From Chrysomallon squamiferum (lineage: Eukaryota; Animalia; Mollusca): 64,000 bases of DNA. Every line of letters starts with the position of its first letter. Within the stretch, counting starts at the first letter, position 1. Location of the stretch: NCBI GenBank assembly GCA_012295275.1, contig CM022674.1, forward strand, positions 2,294,001 to 2,358,000, given 5' to 3'. Made by a program: the position numbers and the translations under genes. This document shows positions 1-33,009 of this stretch, piece by piece. The notes beneath the pieces are model-generated. The model saw nothing but the letters and a program-made list of their open reading frames with translations, was not told where the DNA came from and did not search any database.

Positions 1-1278
1 TTTATACGAAGTGACATCATGAACTGGTAACCAGGAGAGTGATGACATTGAGGTGTAGAGGCTACAGAGAAGCTTTTGATATTAGTTCACACAAAACATG
101 ACCACACTTCGGTTTACACTGTCATAGATAGCTTTAATTGTGTGTGTGTGTAAGCAAAGCAACGAACGTCATTTTAATCTTTCTTTAACGTATCACGTCT
201 CTGTTCTTTGTGTCACGTTTCTCTGGATTAGGACGGCCAGTCCGTCAAACTGAAGTAATAAGAAAACAGACTGGAATAACGCTGAAAATAACGAACAAAA
301 AAAGCTCAGCCGGTTAAGTTATGAGGAGAAAGCCCATTTCGAAACGGGACGCGTTTTTAGCTGGTCCGTCCGCCATTACCCGTTTCACCAGCATCAGTTG
401 CATCATTGTAAAAAAAAAAAAATTGTATAAAATATTTTGTTGTACATACTGCTAGAGTTTAAACATAAGAATTATAAACACGATTCAAGCTTTGACTGAA
501 AATTATTCACTGTGATATCATTAATGAAATAATGCTTAATTTTCAAAGGTTATTTAGTCAATAGGTTTAGCGTTCTTGTTAAAGATGACAGCTGATGAAA
601 TATTAAGACATGTACTATAATGATGTCATTAAATAAACGTTCAGTTTCCAATAATTATTGATACCAGTTAAACCATAGTGTTTCTCGTTGTTAAATAATT
701 TATTTACATTCAGTTGCTGGTGATAAAAATAATTCCTGGCTATACCTGTTCCATACGCAGATAATAATTTCAACATCCAGTAGCCGATATTGACATTGTG
801 CTAGCTGTATCGTTAAATAAATACTCCATATCTGATAATAAGAAATTAATCAGTTAGCTTTAACAACATAATTTTAAGGAAAGCAAATATTAACTTTAAT
901 TTTCATGTGTATCTTACAGACATTAGACTGATGTGATTTTACAAATAGCAAAACAAAAGGAAATCGTTTTTGTTATGGTTTTTTCTTCTCTTTCTTAAAC
1001 TCGTCTTGTATCGTTATTTTCCCCCCACTAAGATACTTCCGTCCTTTGTTATTACCTTTCCGCTGAAGAACGAGAACGTTATTACACAGAACTGTTTTCT
1101 CTCTAAACATTCTTTTTTTTGCTGAGCTTTTCGTCTCAGACGAGTAACCATGACAACATAATGACTTATGTTTTGTTTCCAAAACACAGAATGTTACAAC
1201 ACCTTCTCTTTCCCATTTTTACAAGCCTACTAGAGAAAGTGATGTCTTTCTCTCTCTGTCTGTGTGTGTCTCTGTCTC

Positions 1279-1488
<210 letters not shown>

Positions 1489-1989
1489 ACAGACAGACAA
1501 TCTCTCTCTCTGTGCCTAGCTCACTCACTCACACTCACGAACAAACGTATGTCATCATGTCTTGTTCACGCTAAAAAAAAAAAAAAAAAAAAAGCAACCT
1601 CAGCGCTCACGAGTCGTGTATTATTTTATTAATAATCAGTTGAATGTTAAGCTCCGGTCCGGAGATAAAGGCCGTCTGAAAAGCGTCTTAAGAATTGATA
1701 AACACTTTTAATGAATGGAGTCCGGCACTGCGTGTTTTCTACGTAAATATCACAGTGTTGTCTTTAGCGACGTCCATCCAGTCTGGCAGTAATGGGTATA
1801 ATGCTGTATACGTAATACGTGCAATAATAATAATAATAATAATAATATATAAACTACTGAAGATGATGCTATTTCTGATAATATGAAGTATGATTTTAGC
1901 TGATAGTTTGTGTGTTTTCCGTTAATGAGACGCGAACCGTAAACCTCTTTGTGCGATTTTAGTTCATTGAGTTTTAGACAGGAAATCGT

Positions 1990-2021
<32 letters not shown>

Positions 2022-2158
2022 TCGTGTGAGTGAAAAATACAAGTATAGATATATATGTGTTGTTTTATAGTTACATTTCGATTGTAGATTTTTTGTAATT
2101 AAATATAAATTTACAGGTGACAGAAACATTTATATAAGTTTTTGAAAAAAACAAAAAT

Positions 2159-2279
<121 letters not shown>

Positions 2280-2627
2280 TTCTCTCTGTAACTCAACCTT
2301 TGTATCTATCACTCACATCCACTGTCTCGGACGTTCTCGAATATTCAGTCACTCAGTAATACAACACACACACAGCCATCGAAAACAAACTTTTATAAAT
2401 GAATAGTGATACACGATAACAGGCCAGTTTCAGCCTTTGAACTGACTTTCCTTGTAACTATTTTATTCAAAGCCTTTTTATTTATCATACAAATAAACAT
2501 TTAATTTCACATCAGCGATAACAGTATTTGTCACCTATGATTCACAGGAAACGAGAAATTAATATGAAGTTGGGAGGGGGAGTGGGTTAGTTCACACACC
2601 AACATCTTTTTGATATCAGAAAATTTA

Positions 2628-2674
<47 letters not shown>

Positions 2675-3342
2675 ATATATAAAGCTTCTTTCTGTCGGCT
2701 TATGTCCAGCCTTTCATCAATCCCTTTATTTATAATCTGATTCTGTCTCCAGATAAGCACACACACTGTGTATTGATTTAAAAACAGTAAGTTATTTTAG
2801 TTGATAGCCAAACTCGCCATGCTTGAAACAACAGCGTGGAGTTTCACAATAGCTTGGAACGCACAGGCAAAGTTATTACACCTACCCCCGTGTTGTTAGC
2901 ACTTAAAGCAATCTGCTAGATTCTTTTCATTTATAGAAATAGTCTTACATCATCAGTCATTGTTGACTAGAAAAATAAAAAAAAATAAAACATTTTTAGA
3001 AAAGAAAGAAACAAGCGAATATTGGTAGAAGGTTTGTAGTCAGATTCATTACGACCTGTTTCAATGATCATTTGTTTTTGCGACGGTACGAAATAGAGAC
3101 TGAGAGAAAAAACAAAGAAACAAAAATATCGGATGTGTTAGCAATTCGCTGTTGTGTTCAGGAACAGCTGTATCAGTTATTGTTTCTCTCTTGTGTTTTG
3201 TTTGGTGTTACAATGCTGTTTAATAGTGTGGTATGCACCAGTATAATAATGCTGATTCATAGTGTGGTATGTACCAGTGTTTTTTTTTTCTTTAATTATT
3301 TTATAACTTGATAAACTGATATTTAGAGAATTCTTACATCCG

Positions 3343-3387
<45 letters not shown>

Positions 3388-3560
3388 TAATGCTGAAACA
3401 TATTTTGTGTATCTTTTTTCTGAATGTAAGAGCGATATTACGATTATTGTTATTATTATTATTATTATTATTACTACTACTACTACTGCTGCTCCTATTA
3501 CTATTAGTGTTATTCCTATTGTTACTATTACTATATTTATTATTATTATTATTACATTTA

Positions 3561-3615
<55 letters not shown>

Positions 3616-3665
3616 GATTGTTATTATTATTTCGATCATGATAACTGTTATTATTGGTATTAGAG

Positions 3666-3725
<60 letters not shown>

Positions 3726-3779
3726 TTGGTGGTGTTGTTGTTGTTGTTGTTGTTAACATTGTTGTTACTATTATTTCAG

Positions 3780-21618
<17,839 letters not shown>

Positions 21619-23853
21619 TGGCGGAGTCAATGCTCAACTTAGTCCTGTTGTAAGACGTCAGATGAAAAAAGACGTAGAGACCATCTTCTTGCAAAAACGA
21701 AAGATTTTTTTTGAAAAATTTTGAATTTTTTTTTTTTTTTTTTTTTTTTACGACATGGATATTATTAATGATACTGTTTTTAAAGTGTTGTTTGACAAAA
21801 GGCTGTAATATAATAAAGCATGTATTGGTGATGATGTTCGCAATCAAGGAAGGACAATGCTAATGTTTTGTTGTGTGTTGTTATACAGAAACAGAAGAAA
21901 ACAAACAAAAACAAAGAGAGACAATGGATCCGTGGATCTTTGGAAGAGAAGATTATACTGATAACAATTATAATCGCAAGATGTGTGAGTTTTCTAAAGA
22001 AGTGATTACAGTTTCAACACGTTTAGTCTGAATGACGAAATGTTAGAGAATATTATGTTACGGATTAAATGAGTTTTTGAATATATATATATATATAAAA
22101 AAAAAAAAAAAAAAAATCCTGAACAATCTACTGAGTGCACTTGTGAAATATAAATCATTCAGACATCCTTGAAAATACAACGCCAAATCAAGGCAATAAC
22201 GACATACTGACAGTGATGAATGCTGAAAACGTGTGTGTTTTACAGTTCTGATGGATACGAAGATCTAGCTGCATGGAGTAATTCTGTGGCATCTCTGCGA
22301 CTCGTTTTTACACATGAATAAAACTAGACTTGTCCACGGATTTGCACACCTTGCTTAAAAAACCACTTAAGCTTGAAATGTATTAAGCCGATATAACTAG
22401 AAGTTGGTCAACACTATCATCGGTGTGTTCAACTTTCTTAGAAATCGGCATCCGGGAAATAGCACTAAACCGCATATCTTGAATTAAGATAAAGAGGGAA
22501 TGAATATACTCAGCTTTCTAAGAAATCTTCAGTATGGAAATGCTGTTCTAAACGAATGAAGCGCGTTCAAACGGAGGAGAAGAAAGAAATGTATCATTGG
22601 CTGGAATTTTGCTTGTCAGTCTCTCATCTGATATTTTGTCTGTGATGATTCTGATATCGTGTGATGTATGTTTGTGTTTATCCATTACTCGAAACAGTCA
22701 TTCATTGGATTACCTTCTGGAATGTCAAGGACGTCTGAGGTTGAAAGATTAAGGGTCAAGGATGTTATGAGTAGAAATACTAGACAAGGTTATCTTTTAA
22801 ATGATTCTACGTGGGGATAAATTATTTTGGCTGTTTCATAATGGAACAGGATTGATTTGAAAATATGTTGTTTCTAGTTGAAAATCTAGAAAGATTCTTT
22901 ATTTATTATTATTATTATTATTGTTTTGGAACAAACAAAAATTATAATAAACATTGAAATTTTGGCTCAATATGAAAAAAAAAATAATAATAATAATTTA
23001 TATTTTTTTAATTTCTCAGTATAATATGAAAATATAAATTGCCAAAATTTAATTACTAATAGAAGAAATATGTAAAGATAAGTTAATGCACTGTTTTATG
23101 TTCAGCTTGAAAAACAAAATCATTAACGAATCATTCGTATAAATCCGAGGAAAAGAAAAAAACAAAAAACCTCTTTACAACTTTAGTTGTAATGGAAACG
23201 CTTTTAATTTAATCTTTTTAAATGAATTATTTTGGAAGATAAACAATAAAATATAAACTGATTTTTTTTTCTTCTGTAGTAAAAACTAACGAAATAAAGA
23301 TAAAGAGTATCATAAATATTCTAATTCTCATATGCAAGAATTCTTAAAAAAAGAAACCCGAAAGATACCAGCTTGATAAATGATTGTTTTGTCTGTGAAG
23401 AAAATCGCTGTGTTCTTTAATAACTAAAGAATCACTGGAGTCTGTGAATTCAATGGAATAAGTCGTTGTACAACTCTTCTTTACCGAAAACGAAAACCCC
23501 CAAACACATCCACAAGAAATTGATCGTGAAGATATCGTGTGTACAGCCGTGACAGAATTGTGTAATATAAATTTTACATTTTCTCATGTGAATACGAAGC
23601 TTAAAGACAAAAATAACTTGGTGTATCTGAATTATAATCGTTACATTTTTGATATGAAACTGAAAACTTCTCTATCGGCTGTGTTTTCTGTTCTGTGTCG
23701 ATTTCGTTATACTGGATATTACATGTGCTTTCTGCATACGGTATAAAAGCGCGGTATGAATGTATATGTGTATTTAGTATGCATTTTGCATAAACTTTTA
23801 TGAAACTTTTTTATATCATGTTCATCGCATATTTCTTGTTTTATACATATTAC

Positions 23854-23899
<46 letters not shown>

Positions 23900-26800
23900 C
23901 ACTTTGAATGTATTTTAAAGGGTAATAATGTGTTTAAAATAAGCCTAGACTCGTAAACAGTTATTATTATTATTATTATTATTCTATTATATATTTTTAT
24001 TTCTTAAATGAAATCCGTTGCTGTACAAACATTTCCTTGGCTTTACAAAACCAACAAGACCATAGAAAATAATTCTGTAATTTCAGTTTTGATATAAACT
24101 TTTATCTCTTACTCCAAAGATAAAAGCTGTATACTACAGATGATATAAGCTGATTATCTAAGATTGGAGTCACATCTAACTGATCTTAGCGCATTCAAAG
24201 TTTTAGAATAATTCAGATACAAAAGAGAACAATTCCAATAGGTTTGGAAATTACTGTTTAAATATAATTTTAAACATTGCATTTTGTGAAATTCATCCTC
24301 GTGTTTTAGACAGAACGCATTTAGCTTTCAGTTCGCTGTATATTTTTATTACATTGAATTTACGATGTAGAATCTGCCTGATATGTCTTGCGCTCAGGGT
24401 ATACATCGTTTTATCAACCCCATAATTTCAGGCACAGGGTAGATTAGAATCTCGTGTAATTATTTTAAGATACAGCCTATTTAGATTTTAAATCCGTTCA
24501 TATTTTGCGTACGAGATATTCAAGAACTAGATAAATAACAATAAAAATAAAATAAAAGCAGACCTATTTTAAGAATGAAATATTCAAGACTGTTTAGAAT
24601 TCACCTTTTTGTAGAACTGTATTTTACAAACTAACTTGAATCTCACACATTTGTCATACTCAACATTTTAACATAAACTTTAGAACACTTACATACTGGG
24701 TACAATTTATTCAGTGTTTAGAACTGCAGTATAATTTAAACGAAATATTATTTTTTTTGGGCAGTTTGGAATTCAACTTTAGAAATTCCAAAATATTTCA
24801 GTCACAAGATACTCGTGAAAGCTTAGAATTAATATATATTTAATGTACAGCATATACGAGATTTAGAACGCACGAACATTTACAACAAAGCGAATTTAAC
24901 GTGTAAAATTACCATGTATATGCATATCAAAGGCATTATGTCATTAACAGCACAGGCTATTGGGGATTTGGAATTGCCATATATTTTGAGCATGCGTATT
25001 AAAGGCATAGAACCATTACATTTTTACAGTCCGTTTGGGATTTACAATTCCCATTTTTGTTAGAATACGCATTCGTTTTAAAAAAAACCTCAATATTTGA
25101 CCAGCAAAGACATTTTTATTTTTATTTTTAAAACTTCAGAAACATTTCAGTTCCTGCACTTCCAAAAGACTGAAATTACAAAAAAATCATCTAAAAAAGC
25201 CGGATCGTCATCAAACTAAACAAATAATTATTTACCTAAGCCACGTCGGCTGCAGTCCTGGGGAAACAAAGATGTATCATTTCGTTACTGGAGAAGTCGA
25301 GGGAAATCGATACTACAGATGGGAAATTGGTACTCGACTCTGCTTAGTGTCATCCCCAAACAGCCTGAAAGGTTTGTTATCAGCAGGGAATTCGTGCTGT
25401 TTCCTGTAACCGAGCTTTGTCGAATTTCCGAGAAAGACGAGATTCTGAAGCTAAGTCTTCATTTGAGAGTATAGCTACAGGGTACGTGTGCGCTCTCTCT
25501 CTCTCTGTCTTGTTCATATTCATCGCAGGATTCATTTTGGTTTGTTTTTATGTCGTCTGTTACAATATTGATGGTAATTTTATGTCATCCTGGTTTGTTG
25601 TTTTTTTTTAGAAAAGAACGGGGTAATATGGTTCTTACTCGGTATGTCCATTATGATACATAAATAAACAAAAGATGTGAAAAACCGCGATTCATTCGGG
25701 CGCAGAAATTTACAAAGCTATCGTCGTACAAGTTTACATTGTTTTAATATGGTTGTACTGAATGAAACGATCCCTATGGCTGAATAAATCCAAAAGACAA
25801 AAATAAAAAATACATATTAATAATTAAGCGGTGAATAAAGATAAGGAGTAAAATTTTAAGAGCTAAATGAATTGTAGTACTTTAACTGACTATAACTAAT
25901 TACAAGATTTTGATCTTTTGAAACTATTTCCTTTACGCTGTGTCTTAATTCATTAGTTTTTTAAAGCAGTAAAACTGAATAGCTCGGAAATTCAGTTTCT
26001 CCAGTGAATATGAAAGCATTTTACAGTTTGTCATTTTAAGCATGCTATTGTATTACGATTAACAAACACTATTTATTAGTATTAGCAAAGTCAAAACCAA
26101 AAATTCTTTCTTATTCGTCACTTCAAGGATGATGATTTAACTAAAATATTTAAAAATTAAAATTGACAAAACCCTCATTACAGAAAATGAATCTAATATC
26201 ACAAAATATCAGTTGTGTGCGTTCCGTTTTAAATCCTATTTACAATTTTATAAAATTTCTATTGTCATTTTACATAGTTAATTCTGCCTTGTTTATGTTA
26301 ATACCGACATTATGAAATAAAAGCATGTAGAAAATAGAATGAAATAAAGTTTTTACTGCAATTGAATAAAACTAAATTTAATGAACAGGATTAATTTATA
26401 TTTGTTCCTTAATTAAACCTAAAAAAAAAAAAAATATATATAAATAAAAAAAAGGATTTGTAATAACTATTGTTTTTTTGTCTTTTTTGATTTTTATATC
26501 GTAATGAATGTTTAAACTTTTTATATATAATTTTTTTTTTATCCGTATAATTCAAATTTTAATAAAACATTCTATTCAATAGTTGATCAATATTTGTACA
26601 TTTCATTATCTCATCATTTTTTTATATTTAAATGTGCGATTTATTACAATATAATCATGTGTTTCAGATCCACGTGCAATACTTGCACTCATGATATAAA
26701 AACTGTTTTATGGACTCGTTTTGTTTTATGTTTTTCCGTTGGATTTTTTTTTTTTTTTTTCTTCTGTATGTACATTTACCATAAGCTGTTTACCCTGAAA

Positions 26801-28224
26801 GGGTGTGTAGATTTTAAATATTTCTTTCTGTTTGAATGTCATGTTTGTGAAGAAACATTTAGCATTTCTTTTTCTTTCCTTCTGTTTTATATAACATAAA
26901 ATATGTAGATATATAGCTATTGCTTATTTTTTTTTTTTTTTTTTTTACGTTCTTAATACGTAACGCCATGTTCATATTTAATATACGTGTTTAAATAAAG
27001 CGAACTGACAAAAAAATACGTTTATTTAAACCATTTCTCATTAAACTTTAAAAGTTAAAAGTGTGCAAGTTAAAATCGATTGATTAGGTTAATTTAAATA
27101 AAAACGTTATGACATCGATGATGAAGAAATGAATTAATTGAGACAATGAATTGAGTTCGAAAACCGACGCCTATTCGATAAAACGCATATTTAATTAAAT
27201 CGATTTAAGGCTTACGTTTTAGGAGAAACATTTAACTATTTATAACACGTACGCAGTAGCAATTAACTGAATCGGTTGCAATGAAAACGGCATCAAGAGA
27301 TAAAAAAAAAACCCAACTAAATCGGTTCAGTTCGCAAGTTTGAACTAAAACGTTTTAAATTTTAAATTTGAACACGGTGTTAAAATACAGTATTCAATGC
27401 TTCACTGAAGAGTAAATTATTTATTATCCTTCCCAATTTTGTATGTCGAGTATATTTAAGCAAAAAAAAAAAAAAAAAAAATAAAATTAAGTAGTAACTT
27501 CAGGTACATTACCGATATTGTGTTTCATAATTTAATGTTCACGTCATAATTGTATATTATAAAGCTATTATTTATATTATGATTATAATTAACAGCAGAA
27601 AAGGTGCAATAAATAAATAAACGTAAAAAAAAATGAGCAAATAAGTAAGTAAATAAATTGATCTTACTATTCATTCATATTTTTTTTTTACTATTTTTTT
27701 TTCCTTTTTGAATTTACGTTTTTATTACTTGTTACCCTTTCTTCTTCAACTATTATAATACGTCATTCCTTTATGACGTCATGATGGAAAAAATAAATAA
27801 GGGAAATCGATTTGATAGAAATGAAATAAATGCATTATTTAACATTGTAAAACAAGTAAGTAAATAGAATTTCATTAATAATAATAATAACAACAACAAA
27901 TGGGTCAATCGATTATCTCCCTTTTGTAACTCTTTGGTGAAGTATTTGGTTAATCAAGAGCTGACGTCACCACTCGGCCTGTATCTACGCATTATGTGTA
28001 TATTGCAAATTCATGCGTATAAAATAAAGATGTTATTTTTTAAATCGTGTGTTTTGTTTTCACTTCTATCTCGTTATGTACGAACCAATGTGTGTGTGTG
28101 TGTGCATGTTAATTTATTTACGTTATTATTATTATTATTATTGTTGTTATTGTTATTATTGTTATTGTTATTGTTATTGCTATTGTTATTGTTGTTGTTA
28201 ATGTTGTTGCTGTTATTATTATTA

Positions 28225-28262
<38 letters not shown>

Positions 28263-28940
28263 GTTGTTGTTCCTAATATATATTACTTTAACTTTATACT
28301 ACTACTACTGCTACTACTACTACTACAAGTAATAATAATAATAACAACAACAACAACAATGCACTTATTTTTAGTTATAACTTTCTGTGTTTTATCAGTT
28401 ACAGACGAAAGGAACGGAGAGAAAGAGGAGCACATACAAACACACACACGTACATATATACATACACATATATACATACACATATATACATACATATATA
28501 CACATATATACATACACACATGAAACTACTATATATACATACACACATGAAACTACTACGTAAAAATCTAATGTGGAAAAAAAGATAAAAAAAAAAAATT
28601 AAAACAAAACAGTCAACGACAAGTACACACACTACCACCCTTGAATAAAACGTTTATTTTTTTTTTAAATTATTTCTCGAGCTAGTAGGATTCCGTGATA
28701 CAGCGTAATAAAACTGCGAGGTACTACGAGATAAGGCGAATAATATATTTCTGTGTGGATAAATCATGCTGGCATTTGACACAGATTAATAACCGTAACG
28801 CCTTTTAAATCGGTTTTAAATTCTGCGCTTATGGTATTTGATGCATCTTGAAAGACGTCTGTAAAAACACCTTTATTGTGTTCTGAATATAGGAGTATCG
28901 GTGTTTTTGTCTGCGTGTTTGTATGTATATGTTCGAAATA

Positions 28941-29094
28941 TGTTTCAAATTTCAAGAGCAATATTGCATAAACTGTATAGCTAAAACCAAAAAATATTTA
29001 GAACAAAAATATTTATATATATATATATAATCTAAATTTGTTTTGGTTTTAGCTATACTGTATATATGCAGTATTGCTCTTGAAATTTAAAACA
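28941..29094. repeat. Imperfect ~62-bp inverted repeat with AT-rich loop (MITE-like hairpin)
   Basis: tgtttcaaatttcaagagcaatattgcata...tatagctaaaaccaaaa..tttaga pairs with tctaaa..ttttggttttagctata...tatgcagtattgctcttgaaatttaaaaca. Confidence 0.8.
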
Positions 29095-29218
29095 TGTAAT
29101 TGTCCTCAGTGTAGAAGAAGACACAGCTTAGTGTAATGCCATTCACAATGGTTTGCATATGATAACAACAATAACAAAACGAACAACAGCAGCAGCAACC
29201 ACAGCAACAACAGTTACA

Positions 29219-29257
<39 letters not shown>

Positions 29258-29982
29258 TTAATAATAATAATCATGATAAGAAGAAGAAGAAGAAAAAAAA
29301 AAACCAACAACAAAGACACAATTTACATTATTTTTATCCTAAATAAAATTATACTGAATCCTTCTACTTATTCTAGATTTGTCTGTTTTTTTTTTTTTTC
29401 TTATTACAGTTGAAGCATTGCGTAATGGAAATTTGAACACGTAACTGTGACTACGTAAACACCGTACTGTTTGAATTTTAACACCGAAAAAGTCAGTGGA
29501 TTTTTTTTCTCACAAACTGTAGCATTACAGAGAAGAAAGTAATACAAATTTATGGCACGTGGTTCTCATTATGTAACAACAGTACCATTTACCACACAAA
29601 ATTTAATTATTTCAACTGTTAACACGCAACTTTGATTACGTAACAACCGTATTAATTAACTATTAACATGTAATTTTGTATTACGTAACAACAGTACTAA
29701 TTAACTATTATTATCTGAATTTTTTTGTGTTTTTTTGCAGTGACCTATGATATTTGTATCATTAACATAGACACATTGTCCCATGAGGAATTAAATGTAG
29801 GATGTTTGGTAGACTAATATAATTAGAAAGTCGAATATGATAGGATCTGGTATACGTTGTACGTGCATTTGTTTAATTTGTGAAAGAAAATATGCAAAAT
29901 CATGTTGAATCTTTCTTTTTTTGTATCTGAAATTTATTATGATGTAGCATCATATATTTATTTGAAAGACATGACCAGAATG

Positions 29983-30076
<94 letters not shown>

Positions 30077-31022
30077 GCTTTCGTTTTCTCTATCCATCAT
30101 TCTTAATTGAATATATTTTAAAATATTGTCTCTATAATCAAATTTATATTGCATTTCTGTAATTTAATCTTGTTTATCCAAACGTACATTTTAGCCTTCA
30201 TGAATATTTTCTTAAACAACGCCTTCATTTTTATATTTAAAAAATAAAAAATAAAATAAAAATAAAAATAATAATAATAATAAAAATCATTATTTATATT
30301 TTTATTTTCTTTTACAAAAAAAAACACAAAACATTATCTTCTTTTCATACAAGCGAAAGAGGAAATTTTTCCCAAAAAATTCTTTTTGTAATATTATTAT
30401 TTCTAGCGCAAAGGGAAAAAAAAAACAGGTCCATATGGGATATCGCATTTTGCCAATTATAACAACTTACACGTGGCTAATGCATCGCCCAGCCGTCGCA
30501 GTAGTTGCAAGCGGCGGGATCCACCACATAAACCACGTCCCCAGACGCCAACTCCAGCATTTCGGTGTATCCACCACGTCAGAAAATTTGCTCTGGAAAT
30601 TCTTTATATCGCCATTCTGCAGGCTTCATTAGCGTCACGGGATCCTCCGAAACAATTGCTTCTAATGTTCATGGTTCACGCTTCTAGATAAATGGATTTA
30701 TATTCTCCCGCCTATCTCCTGCGTCTTACTGAACAGGTGCAAATTCCCTTGATGTTGTGAGATAATAGTAAATTATTTTAAAGACTTTGTTATTTGTTGG
30801 GTTTTTTTTTTTTTTTTTTTTCGTCTTATCGTTTGTTATTTTGCACACGGTGCGGAACAAAAATTTAGATGAACGATATTTATTATCTGAGTGAAAAAAT
30901 TTTAGTTTTTTGGGTTTTTTTTTTTTGTAAACAGTACAAGAGAGAGCGATACAGACATCTACTGTTGTAGTCGTTGTTGTTGTTGTTTTTATTATTATTG
31001 TTATTGTTATTATTATTATTAC

Positions 31023-31068
<46 letters not shown>

Positions 31069-31686
31069 TACAGCAAAATATGTACCAGCAGAAATCTTTT
31101 CTCTTTTTTTCTACGTATTTATTTTCCTTTTGTTTTATTTTCTTCTTGATATTCTTTTTCTTCTTCTTCTTCTTCTTCTTCTTATTATTATTATTATTAT
31201 GTAAGTACGACGCTACTGCTATTACTACTATTACCACCACTATTACTCTCATATTTATTTTAACTATCAGCACAGACACAATCACTATCGCATCTACCTC
31301 TGCTACTATTACTACTACTACTGCTACTACTAACGCTCCTAGTATCACTACTACTACTAATTATTACTGTTAGTATTAATCTGAAACGAGTACGTTTGTC
31401 ATTACGTTCCCTGTTACTGGAATAATCAGCATTTCGAAGACGTACAGCTATTATAAATAATTAATGTTTATTCGGAACGTCAAGCCGTTGTTTACGTCGT
31501 GGCAAAATATGCGATGCGCTTCCTGAAAGGAGGAATTTCAAACAAAAACATACAATTACGTACCATCTTGATAATGTGGCATCAGCTTGTGTTTGTTTCT
31601 GTCGTTAATCGTTAATGTGAGTTTTTACTCCGCAAAATAGACAATTCAGGGTCGAATCCGCAACAAGGGATTGCATTATTATTATT

Positions 31687-31738
<52 letters not shown>

Positions 31739-32768
31739 GTTATTATGTCTGAAACTCGAGTTTCCATATAACGCAGCCACAAGTAAAGAAATTCAAGTGA
31801 AATGGAAAAATCTGAATAAATGGATACTTATCGTTTTTTCAGTACCTTTTAATATAAAGTGTTATATTTTAACTGTTGCTGTTCTTTTTTTTTCTTTTCT
31901 TTTCCTTTAATATAAAAGAACGAAGAAAACGGACAACACTAGCAGTCGGTCGAAGATGGCCTGATTGATTCTTACTTTCCTGTTGAAGTTACGAAGAGTG
32001 AAAAAAAAAAAAAAAAAAAAAAAAAAACGATCACCTATCGCTACCCTCATTCTACGATTCTGGGCATTGATCCGACACTGAGTATAGATTTCAAAGAGAC
32101 ACGCGTCTTCTAAACGAGAGGGGAAAGTACAACTTACTCGACGAACCAGCTGCCGTGCTCAGAAAAAGATGATAACGTAGACCTTCATTATCGTCCAACG
32201 GCAATTTCGTAATAACCAGTCTTGCCGGAAGAACCCGAACGTCTCTTCTTTCGGGCTCCGTGAAAGGGACAATTATTTCGGGTCTAGATCGGAGATTGGC
32301 CCGAGGCCAGGACGTCAGAGTCTCGATAATAAAGGTCGTTTTTCAAACGGATGTAAATACGAGGTCGACGGCATGTTGTTTGTTTTGCCGCTGATGAAAC
32401 GAGCAGAAGTGGAACCGGCGAAGATGAACACATCTTTGGCTTGCAAACAAAACCTCGGGCAGCAGGGATTGTCGAAAGTGACTTTTGTTCAAATAGTGAT
32501 TTACGTGACATAAAAAAAAAAAAAAAAAAATGACGAAGCTACAAGAATAACTGAGTGACGTATGGTGATCGATGTTTACATAAAAATTATATATCTCTGT
32601 TGTAACGTTGTTTTTTAGTTTTATTTATTTTATTTTATTTTATTTTTTATTTTATTATTATTATTTTTTTTTTTACATGATTTTAGTTCTGGACAAAAAA
32701 ATTTGACATTGCGGAATAAATAAATAAATGTAAGAAAGAAAAAGATAACAACAACACTAATAATAATA

Positions 32769-32833
<65 letters not shown>

Positions 32834-32915
32834 AATAATAATAATAATAATAATGAAATAAAATAAAAATTAGAAACAAAATAAGTATTAATAATAGTAA
32901 TAATAATCTCTCTTT

Positions 32916-33009
<94 letters not shown>

